From Anthoceros angustus (Eukaryota > Plantae > Anthocerotophyta), in the NCBI GenBank assembly GCA_010909165.1, contig MU008199.1:1-64000 (forward strand): DNA of 64,000 nucleotides, written 5' to 3'. The notes beneath the pieces are model-generated. The model had not been told where the DNA came from and made no database searches. It worked only from the letters and a program-made list of their open reading frames with translations. Of this stretch, positions 24,901 to 35,379 are shown piece by piece (within the stretch, counting starts at the first letter, position 1; the number at the start of each line of letters is the position of its first letter). The position numbers and the translations under genes were made by a program.

Positions 24901-26880
24901 GAGGTTGGGTCCCGATCAAGAAGATGCCCGGTGCCATTGGGTATCAAAGTGCACTTGCAAGTTCGGCTACGATTTGGGCATGGCCGATAAAAGGGCTCGA
25001 GAATGTGGTTGTTAGCCAGCAAGAGAGGCTAAGAACCAAAGATGTTTTGACATATTTTGATGAAGTCTCACAGGCCTAGGCCTCCCAACTCTCTAGGCAT
25101 ACAGAGTTGGCCTCAGACTCCTTCTTTGTCCCCAAGCCTAAGACTCAGCTGAAACTAATATGTATGATGTGGCTTGATGAAGAGTATCATCCGTAATGTT
25201 GGTGTGCTAAGGGGTAATACATGACTAGGTTTCCCCATTCATGGATCATCCGAATGCGGGACTCGGGGTGAACTAACCTGAGGCGTTGGGTGTCATCCCT
25301 GATGAGTGCAAGCCGTTTGGTGAATTTGTCCAGTGCTGGGGTCCCGGGCCCCACAACGTGGCCGTCAGCATCTTGAAGATGTGCGATTCCATTGCCCTCA
25401 CTTGTGGGTCGTCTGTGGATGCTTAGGTGTTGGAAAGCAGCCATACGGGGACGCTGTGGGGCACGCTGACCTTGAAGATAGAGGTCGCCTTGAAAACTCA
25501 GATCCATTCGCATTCAATCCCCACCATCCGTACTTGGCTATGTCGAATTTTATTCCCGCCCAGTCGTAGAAAGCGGACTCCTGAATGGCCATTGCTTGGA
25601 TATCACTCCAAATATTCGAGTCTCATCATCCATAAAGTCCACCCTGTGGATCGCGATGCCATACATTCTATATCCATGGCAGTCCCGTTGCACCCATTTG
25701 GAAAGTGAACGTGAGTGGACAGCGAATGTGAGTGGACTTATGGTGTTCCCTTGGGGAATACCTCGGGAAATGAGGATCTCATCCGAGGTATTTTGGCCCT
25801 TGAGGAGACACATCCTGCCGCCCCGAACAGTTTCGGACCACATAGCCTTGAGCGAGGGGTGGAGAGGGGTTAAGTGGATGATCTTGGAAATGAGGCATAT
25901 TTCCACAGTCCTGAAAGCGTTCTTGAGGTTTGTGAAGAGGACAAAGACCGCCCTGTGTGCGTGTTCTAGCACTAGGGCCAAGGTGATATTGCCATCTAGG
26001 CATCCCGCTACTTCTGATGTGACTCCAACTTGCATAGTGGATTGGAGGTTGAAGCGGTCGAGGTCTTTGTGAATTGCTGCCGAAATTAGGCTGGAGAAGA
26101 CCTTCGTGACCGTTGGGAGTAGCGTGATAGGTCGCCAGCTCTGGGTTAGCATCCCTCTCCGTCGTCGCGGGGAGGGAAGAAGCCTCACAAGGGGTGCAAG
26201 GCCAGACCCTTCGAGATGGACGAATGCCGCGACCCAACTAGTACTTGTGCGAAGGCGAGAGAGGGCTCCTTATTTAGCTAGCTGCGCACATTGGACTTAT
26301 TCGTCTGTCACAACTAGACAGGGTCCCCCGATCGGCCACAATCCCATCGTTGACTATGTCTGGCGCCAAGCTAGCAGTAGCAGAAATGCGAAACGATATC
26401 GCCTAGGACCAAGTGGGCCTGTGCATGCCCCGACGCCCTGGGGTTTAGCTCCGTCCTCCGCGACCTCGGCGACCAGCTGTTGGTTTGGGTTGTCCTTGGG
26501 ATGCATGCTTGCCCCACTGAGTGAAATAGGCTTCTAGGGGGTGCCTAGCGCCACCTTCGGGGGTGTCCCTTTCGTTGACCCGGGGGGATGGCTTGTCCAG
26601 AAACTCCCTCGCGGAAACACCTTCGGGTTTTTACACTGGTAAAGGCCACATGGACTAGGCTACTCTGTAGGGCAGGAATAAGGAAACAAATGCGGTGGGA
26701 TCACTTTCGTGGCGCACTCACTGAAGGCGAGAGCCTCCCCCTTGTAGAGGCATTTCTGCGTCTGGAGGGGGTCAATGTGGCCCTTTTTGACCGCCTATAT
26801 GGGTTAGTATATGATCCCACACTAGTGGCCTGTTACGGCACTGATCCTGCACTAGTGGCCTGTTACGGCACCCTTCACCC
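21969..26880 (-). mobile_element. R2/R4/NeSL-type non-LTR retrotransposon (RT + CCHC + restriction-like endonuclease), degraded, with a ~1.74 kb internal tandem duplication
   Basis: RT: WRPITLLPTVTKVF, QVGV..GCLDG, RGIPQGNTISPLTF, FMDD, LCMPRELGGLGL. C-terminus: PLCRNYTLRKRETGAHILCTC...RHDKI, QSDLII...IIIDV...EEKTAKY, FIPFVVGVMGTIP. 22857-24590 repeats as 24591-26338. Confidence 0.88.
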
Positions 26881-26899
26881 ACCTGTAGCTTATCTTATT

Positions 26900-27700
26900 T
26901 AGAGTGGAAACCGATAAAGGAAAACAATTGCGCGACCAGGGTCCTTCCCAACTAGCCATGCCTTTTGGAAAGAGTTCCCAGGTAGTTAGTTGGAGCTTAG
27001 TGGCCAAGAAGTCAGACACCACTGCCTACACATTCCTAAAATTTTGTAGGCCCATCACTCGGAGATTGAGGGAGCGCTTGATACGTTCTTGAGATTCATA
27101 AATGAATGCATTTACTACATCAGGCGATGAAGCCGAGCCTGACAAGGTCTGCAAGCCCTGAGCAATAGGAAAGAGCAAAATTGGGGGTTGAAGCGCATAA
27201 ATAGATAACTTAGCAGACACGGCTTGTAATTCACGTTGCACAAATTCCTTTACTAAGGGGCATTTAGCATCCATAGAAGCGGAAGTGCTCTACATGATAT
27301 CTTCACGGAGTTGTGACACATCCTTGTTAAGGATATAAGCTGCTACGAAGTCCTGTTGAAAAGAAACCATCCTATTGTTGATGTTCCAAAAAATCTGACT
27401 TAAGCTAAGGGACAGCCATTTTGGACAAGCAGGTAGCCAGCTGCTTGTTGAGGGTAGCAATCTTGGTGCTGGACCAAATCTGCCCGAATGACTAGACTTT
27501 CCAAGCGATTCCGGAGTGTAGCGATTTCCAACTATTGAGATTTAATCTTTTCCTCAAAATGCTCCTTGGAAGCTTGAAACTCGGACTGTAGTTCCTCTAC
27601 CTCAGCTTGGGAAGCTAAGGTCATATTTTGTGGCTTCCCAAGCTCACCTTGATGTCCGTTTGGAAAGACTTCAATAATCTCTCGATCTTGTTTGTGCACC
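26900..27700 (-). mobile_element. Probable LINE ORF1-like fragment
   Basis: Coiled-coil-like region followed by ESQERIKRSLNLRVMGL, resembling the R.kr..Nl...Gl motif of LINE ORF1 proteins; broken by stops. Confidence 0.4.
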
Positions 27701-29640
27701 TAACACCTTTGGACAAAGGAGCTTATAACGATTGTAAGCTATATTCTGATTGTAAGCTATATTCTAAATATAGCTTACAATCGATAAGCTATGGCCATTG
27801 ATTCACAGTCCATAGCCATGCCTCGACTTTGGAAGGAAAAAAATAAATTCCCACACCTACAGAATTTCTCAACCCCCACAGGCCCGACTTTGGATGTAGG
27901 CTGGAAGGCCAATAACATATTAGACCCGACTCAGAAGAGACAGAGGCCTAATGAAATGCTGGTTACATAAGCATAGAGGAAAAATTTAGAGCTACTGCAT
28001 TTTCCACGGACAGTGCGGCCCCTCCCGAGAGAACAGGTCTCGGATTTCAGATGGACCACCTGCTGAATTCTCATCACTAAGAGCCCCAGCCAGCTGTGCG
28101 AAAAACCGTGAAGGAAAAATGTGTCGTGAAGACAATGGTACCCACTACCCGACAATGGTACCAACTACCCAACAATTCCCGATGCACATGAACCCAGAAA
28201 GTAGCTATCAGGAGACAGTCGAGAAAGGGGGTGTAGTATGCAAGCCCTTCCCGTTGCAGCCGGCACTCACCGTCGCCACAGCATAGCCTGAAGCATGTTG
28301 CGCACCCCTGAACAGAACAGCGTCCGAATCCGGTGAAATGGAATGCAATCTGGTGTGTTGGCCCCCGCCCGGTCCTCAGCTATCAGCAGAGACTGGCCGT
28401 GAGCGGCAGAATTCGAGCCGCTAGATGATTCGTTCCCTGGGATCCAGCAATGCAGGCTTGTAGCGAGCAAATCCAGTGAGTGATCCGTGGGCAGCGCCCT
28501 GGCGAGACTGGTGAGGAATCGAAGCTCCCTCCCCGGTATCTGGTCAGAATGACCACGGCTGGCAGCCTGGGCGAGAGGTACCTTCCTCGGGGTTGCAGGC
28601 CTACCGCGACACCCACCAACTCACGGCGACATCCGCATACTGTGACACCCACCGAGCGGTTCGCTATGGAAGCCTACAGCGACTCTGAGATGTGGCAGCC
28701 TGAACCCCAGCGGAGAAGAAGCCCGGGAATCCACCGAAATGCACCAAAAACCACCTTGCAAACCTGTCCCAGACGATTGCCCAGCTTCCAGATGTTCCAG
28801 GCCCACTCACAGCGATGTGTAGCAGCAAAATCGCAGTGCGTACCGGAGAAAAAATTCCGATCTAAATACCCGGCGATGAAGAGTCCCCTACGGCGCTTCC
28901 GGATGGCCACAATTCAGGCTTGTGGCCTGACCGTCTGAAATGCGAATGCGAGTGCCACCTTCCAGCCCAATCGCCGACCCGACTGTACACATGCCATTAG
29001 TCCGCTGCCACAAAGCACAAAGCAAATCAAATGTTTAGAGATGCCGGCCCCCTAACCCCTATTGTCCTCCAAAGTACTGTAGTGCTTGAAACAGCCGGCA
29101 GGCCTGGTGACGGCAGCCCCGAGGTGCAGGCCCGAGGTCAGCGGTACAAACCCAGGAATGTTGACGGTAGCCCAGCCCAGCCCGGAATCCTCAGATCTAG
29201 GGTGTCCCACGAAGAAATGCATTGTAGGAGCCCATAGTGCCTTGATATCCAACAAATGGACTTGTTTGTATTGTCATTTCATAGATCAGTTATTTCAGTT
29301 AAAGTGGAAATTATTATCATCATAAACAATGTTGGGGAGCTCTGGAGGAGAGGTCCCACCGACATTTGAACTCGAGCTACTGCATTCAGAGTCCAGTGTC
29401 CTAACGACTATAGACTATAAGACCGGACGGCACTCACCACGGAAACATTTTTATTCAGGAAAAAACGTCTCCCTTCCTCTATTCATCCAAGAATCGCAAG
29501 CGCTTCGGTGTGGGATTTGGAAAGCAAGCATCACTCAACTTCAAATGCCACAGGGATGGACATGGTAATAAGAAGCTGGAGAGAAGACCACTCTTGGCAA
29601 TTGCGATTTCACTCATACCCAGTAGCAGCTATAGGCAAAA

Positions 29641-31717
29641 ATGGCTGAAGAGAGCACCGGCAGCTCAACCTCTGCCCAAGAGTCTGGTGGACCCAAGGCT
29701 GCCTTTGGGCTATCAACAACTTTACGACATGAACTGCACAAGCGGGAGGGATGCTTGTGCCTGCACAGACCACCTCCATCACCACCCTTATCCAGCCTAG
29801 AGGGAATTCGCTTAAGGTGAGCTGTTGATGTGAGATATGCAAGTTTTTTTTTGCGACAATGATGTGAGATATGGATAATCTTCCTGCATATGAACGGTCT
29901 CAGCCCATATATTAGCAGGCTGCTCACGTAAACTGTGTGCCCACTAGATTTTGAAACTTTATGCTGCCGTGTTCCTAAAGTTGGCCAGCACCTACTCGTT
30001 GAAGTCAGCATACTTTGGTGGATGGCTATGTGCTAACATTGCCAAGGACTTGTTGTATGTATACAGCGAATTACTTCTGGATCACAGGCACATTGGACGT
30101 GTGCTGTATGGCAAAATCTATATACCACCTTTCAGGATAAGTGACAGACAGTGTTTGGGGGTTGTGGAGTTCCAGGATGCCAATGGCAACAGAGGGTTAA
30201 CAGTTTCAATATGCAATGCCAGTGCCGACTTTATCGGCAGATGCTCAAAAGGGACGGAAGTGGCCATAAAAGAACCTTACTTGAAGCTCTACCCCAATCG
30301 AGTTGCGGAGCTGGTGGTTGACAATCCTGCCAACATGCACCCTTTGGCAGAAGCTTCGAAGAGGACCAGTGTAAACCAGCAAACCTTGAAGACCTACTTC
30401 AGGGGTGGCTTGGAAGGAGCCCCTCCTCCTTGCCCTGACTTCGTGGGACCTGTTCAGATTCGGATGGTTGGTGACAACAGCCCTCTAGGAAGAGGCCTGT
30501 TCCTTACTGAGAATGTGGAGGAGGGAAGGCTGCTCCTTGTCAGCAACGCCGTCGCAATAGCTCGAGCCGGGCCCAGGGGAGAAGCCAAGGGTGCCCGTTT
30601 TGGTGTGAACAAACTACCTCCAGTTCTGGAAGAACTTGTGACCAACCTGCTCAATGTGGTGAATGCTGAGCCAGAACGTCTGAACCAGATCTACTCCTTG
30701 CAGGACACAGTACTCCCTCCGACTAGCCTTCCACCAATGTCCAGGTTTGCACCAATACAGGAATTAGCATCCTCTTCGAGCCAGCAGAAGAAGCCGGATC
30801 GACCTAAACTGGACATCGGTCGGCTTCGTCGAATTGTTGGCATCAACGCATTCGAGGGAATGTACTTGCCAGCTTCCTTCGGATACAAACTGAACTACAG
30901 ATTCGTAGGCTCGCAGTCGGAAACATACTTCAACCAGGACCCCACAGATGTTGCAGGCTTCTGGATCCTTCCCTCATTCATCAACCACTCGTGCTCTCCC
31001 AACTCCTCCTGGAGGCACGTCGGAGAGGCCATGTTCATCAACGCATCCCGCGACCTCAAAGCAGGCGAGCAGATCACTGTGGCTTACGACAGCGTCTTCC
31101 TCCCTCAGCTCCGCCGCCTCTCCAACACGGCTAGGCGAGGGTTCATCTGCACTTGCGAGCGCTGCAACATGGAAAGAGCGGCTTGCTCACAGGTTCAAGA
31201 GCTCGGAATATTGGGTACCCACTTAAGCCTAGCCAGACCTGCCAACTCCCCTACCGAGAGCTTCAAGAGAGCTCAAGATATGGTCCTCGCGGTTGAAACC
31301 CTGATGGTCAGTAAAGCTGCAAACTTCTCTCCACCGCTCACCTCCAAAACCAAGAACTGGCTCAGGGCCTCCTTCGCCGGATCATACTTCCTCAACGCCC
31401 AGCTGCAGCTCATGGTAGCCCAACAGATCCCAGAATCGGTGAGGGCGCACTTAATGTGCACAAACATATCTCTGCAAGACACGGTGAAGATGGAGCTGGC
31501 CGTCCACCCCGGCAGCGAGAACAATCTCGACTCTTTCGAGCACAAGGACAACGGTCTCACATACACAGGCTGCTGTTGGGGCGGCCAGACCTTCCCTGAA
31601 TGCTGGTCCTTGGCTCTCCGGACTTGCAAGTGCATCTACGGTGCGGATGTGGATAAACAAACAGCCAGAGCCCTCATCATCTGGTACAGGAAGCTCTGGA
31701 GGTATCTTCCAACATGA
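29641..31717 (+). CDS. SET-A: SMYD-type SET-domain lysine methyltransferase with N-terminal HxG...KEPY domain, no TPR; exons 29641-29816 and 30067-31717 (~608 aa)
   Basis: GRGLFLTENV, FWILPSFINHSCSPN, RDLKAGEQITVAY, post-SET CTCERC. N-domain HRHIGRVLYG...VAIKEPYLK...VDNPANM. Phase-2 GT-AG intron 29817-30066. Confidence 0.9.
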
Positions 31718-32037
31718 AAAATCCTTAACCCTCAACCGTTGAGGGAAGAAGAAAATCCTCGTCATCCATGCCAACAACTTGGCTTCATGATGCTCTGAGT
31801 ATTTCCCGTCCTTCTCGATGTCGCAAGAAGTATTAAACACCTGCTGCTGTCTCTGATGACATGGTCGATATATTCTCACACGCTCCACATTAATCTCATC
31901 AAACAGCCTTCAACAACCGTCCTCCTCTTGGTGCCTCCTCCAGCCAGTGCTACTAGTACAAAAGACCTTCTGATCAGCCGTGTGGAATCAAACCAGAAGC
32001 ATCAAGCCCCGAAACTCGTTGTCATCCATCCGGCACA

Positions 32038-32298
32038 ATGGCAGGCTCTCTGGCTTTCCTCTTCCTCGCCATCCTCGGTGCGGCAGCCACCATTAGGGCA
32101 GCGGACGAGGACCCGCTCCAGGACTTCTGCGTGGCCGAGGACTTCATCACCGTCATCAACGGTGTAACCTGCATGGCGGAGGAGGAGGCCGCACACGCAT
32201 CCCCGGGCCACCGAGCTGCTGTTTGTGCAGTTCTCGAGCAGACCTTCGGCGTCAGTCACAAGCAAGCGAAGACGAAGGAGAAGTACTACCACGAATAG
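32038..32298 (+). pseudogene. Germin-like (cupin) gene with the core deleted
   Basis: Signal peptide plus germin N-terminal motif DEDPLQDFCVA...INGVTC, joined directly to a C-terminal-like VLEQTFGVS; the metal-binding germin boxes are absent. Confidence 0.75.
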
Positions 32299-32422
32299 GT
32301 ACCTTTCAGTTAGTACCTTACAAAGGTGTAATACCTTTCATAGGCTTTTAAGATCTCGTTAGGCTATCTCTTCACTAAGATTGTTGCTTCACTATTTTGC
32401 GGCGGCCGACCGTCTTGCAACG

Positions 32423-33767
32423 ATGAGCATAGAGGAGGAGACTGCTGTGCCGATCCCGACGGTGCCGGAGACTCTGTTGAAAAAGCGCAAGAGGGATGAG
32501 CAGTGGGCTCTAGCCAGGAAGGAGCAGCTGCAGGCGTCCAGGGCCAGGAGCGCTAAGAACAGGAAGGTCACCTTCAAGAGGGCGGAGCAGTACGTTAAGG
32601 AGTACAGGTCCCAGGTAAGGTTTTTTTTGTGTCAGTGACCTAACGGGGGTGAGCTGTGTCCTCGGCACCGTAGCTGCGTGACTGTTGCAGGCGTCTCGAT
32701 TTTGATGTATGTGGACCGTGGTAGGCTAGGTCGCGTGATTCGAAAAACCTGGTTAGCGGGGTTGCCTGATTGTGGCGATTCTGAAGGAGTATTTGCTGGT
32801 CGAACTTGTAGGAGCGTGATCTCATCAGGCTCAAGAGGCAGGCCAAGCTGAATGGCGGATTCTATGTGGAACCTGAAGCCAAGTTATTGTTTGTGGTTCG
32901 CATTCGGGGGTAGGTGGATTTTGCTGCTGTCGATTTAGGTTGGTTGCAGTATCTTATGTGCATGAAGAGAATGGCTACAAGTCTTGTGCTGTGCGATGCA
33001 GTATTAATGATATGCACCCGAAGACACGAAAGATCCTGCAGCTTCTGCGGCTGAGGCAGGTAAGGTGCTGTGTGATTACTGGAGTTGTGTGCCGGAGCAC
33101 CGCAGGGTGACTACAGAGTTTATGTTGATTTTCTGTTATGGAGGCTTGCCTTGGTTGCTAGTTTTAGGTCTTAAGTTGATGTTCTGCTCCTACTCTGCTG
33201 CAGATCTTCAATGGAGTTTTCATGAAGGTCAACAAGGCTACCGTCAATATGTTGCAAAGGGTGGAGCCGTATGTAGCCTACGGGTAGGTATTTTGTCTTC
33301 AGAGGAAGGCATTTTCTCGCTTGTAGTATTATCCCCCAGCGCATTTTCAATCGTTTGACCCACGACCCTTGCCAGTTACCCCAACTTGAAGAGCGTAAGG
33401 GAGCTCATCTACAAGCGTGGTTATGGAAAGGTGGACAAGGCCCGAACTGCGCTTACAGACAACTCTATTGTTGAACAGGTCTGTGAGTGTGTCAGCCTCA
33501 TCTCCGCGTTTCTGGAGTCTCTTCTGCTACTGACCGTCCTCTTTGCTACAGGTTCTGGGCAAGCATAATATTATTTGTGTCGAAGACTTGATCCACGAAA
33601 TTTACAACGTGGGTCCCCATTTTAAGGAGGCCAACAACTTCTTGTGGCCGTTCAAGCTGACCTCGCCTCTGGGTGGCCTGTTGAAGAAGCGAAATCACTA
33701 CATCGAGGGCGGAGATGCTGGCAACCGGGAGGACAAAATCAACAACATGATCAAGCAGATGATCTAG
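32423..33767 (+). CDS. RPL7: 60S ribosomal protein L7 (uL30), 6 exons
   Basis: [95 protein letters not shown]; canonical GT-AG introns. Confidence 0.97.
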
Positions 33768-34179
33768 AAACGGTTTTGTCGGAGTCCTTCACAACGTTCT
33801 CAAGTGTGGGAGACTACGGTGAACTGCGAGTCACGTTTTTCACTCTCTCAGCACGTCATGTGGTAGCTTGGACTGCCAGGATCACCAGATCAGAGTGAGA
33901 TAGTTTTGGATCTCTATCCCCAGATGCAGGTAGCAGGTTTGAGTCCAGATAAGCGTGTCTTCGCTAGTTTAGACGGCATTTTTGAGCGTGGCAGCCAGAG
34001 GAGAGGGGATGCAGGTAGATGAACAACTACTGTCCGGTCAGCGAGAGGATAGGGGCTGCAGGTCTCATAGTATCCAATGTGACAAAACGTCAACATGGAC
34101 TGGAAATTTAGTGTTCTTAATCGACGCTTATCGGGTTCCCGAGGATTGGCTGATTGGCTTAACCGCGCAAGCGGCACAT

Positions 34180-34580
34180 CGACGTGCCCTTCAACCTGCA
34201 AGTCGAGTACGGTTACTGTCTTAACCAAGCTGGGACAGCTTTTTCACCAGTGGTAGAGGATCTGCAGATTCTGCATCTCTCACACACGACACAGTACAGT
34301 AGCAGGGCAGACAACATCTGTATTATCAGGACAGGACAAAGTTCCTGTCAAGGAGCCCAGAAGGACTGTTCACATGGGTGGGTCTCCGGGTCGTCTTCTC
34401 AAGCGACGATGGTGGAAGATTGCCGGTAAGCAGCCGGGGACGGAACGTCCGTTAGGAGGACGAGGTAGAGGTCTCCTCCCCGCCCCCCGCCGCCGAGCTA
34501 GCAGATACAAAGCAATACCGCTTCCAGAGAGTCCTCTCAGTACAATTCTCCTGAGGCACCCTGGTTGCGGCTGTGGACTG
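34180..34580 (+). pseudogene. Degenerate partial duplicate of the 5' region of the DNA methyltransferase locus
   Basis: TCAACCTGCAA..., ACACGACACAGTACAG..GGGCAGACAA, CCTGTCA.GGAGCC, TCGTCTTCTCA...CGATGGTG and TACAATTC.CCT match ~35215-35715 in the same order. Confidence 0.7.
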
Positions 34581-35019
34581 CAACTAGCATAGGTTCGACA
34601 GTTCGCAAGCGAAGAAAAGCAGTCACTTCTCTCAGATAATCCCAAATTTGTGAAGCTTTGGAACGCACGAAATCCTGCTCAATCATTGTCCCTGTGCCCA
34701 AGAATGGGCTGAGTATTGTTACTGATCGGCTGCTCAATGTCGTCCCTTTGAAGGACGTCAGAGGGTGGGTTACTTCATTGTTTGATGGACGTCCCTTTGA
34801 TGGGGAGCATTCCTTTGATGGGTGCTTTCTTGCCAGGCAAGCAATGAATTCATTCTTCTGAACTCGTCAAACTCAAGCGCAACAAACTTATAAAACAGTC
34901 CACTAGATGGACTGACTGCCGCAGGAAGATCAATAATTGTGATTTGCATTCTGCTTGCGTGTCTTCAAGGCTCGGCGAGATGGCGAGACCTAAGATGAAG
35001 GCTGGTCGAAGCTTTCAGC

Positions 35020-35160
35020 TTTGTTCTTGTGTGGGTGGCCACAAGTTGCACCCCTGTTCTTGTGTGGGTGGCATCAAGTTGCAGCCCTGTTCTGCTGTGG
35101 GTGGCAACTATTTGCAGCCCTGTTCTTCTGTGGGTGGCAACAATTTGCAGCCCTCCTCTT
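35020..35160. repeat. 33 bp tandem repeat, about 4 copies
   Basis: TGTTCT(T)GTG(T)GGGTGGCA.CAA.TTGCAGCCC units, readable as LQPCSxVGGN. Confidence 0.85.
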
Positions 35161-35379
35161 CCAATGATGCGGAGCCGCGAAGGTCAATCGGGTAAGCTGC
35201 ACTCCGACCTGCTCATCAACCTGCAACTTGAGTCTGGTATGTTCTAAACCACGCTGCTACAGCTTTCACCAGCTTCGTAGAGAATCTGCATCTCAACGAT
35301 CTCCCTGAGATGAGCATGGCTTCCATTGCTGAAATCCGTCATTGTAAGTAAACAGGCCTGACATTGGAGTGACAAGGGA

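Noticed and set aside
27900-29600. Short ORFs upstream of SET-A
   Set aside because: No motifs; SET-A is fully explained by the ATG at 29641.
32615-33551. Possible intronic snoRNAs in RPL7
   Set aside because: No convincing C/D box pair with a terminal stem or H/ACA fold seen by eye.
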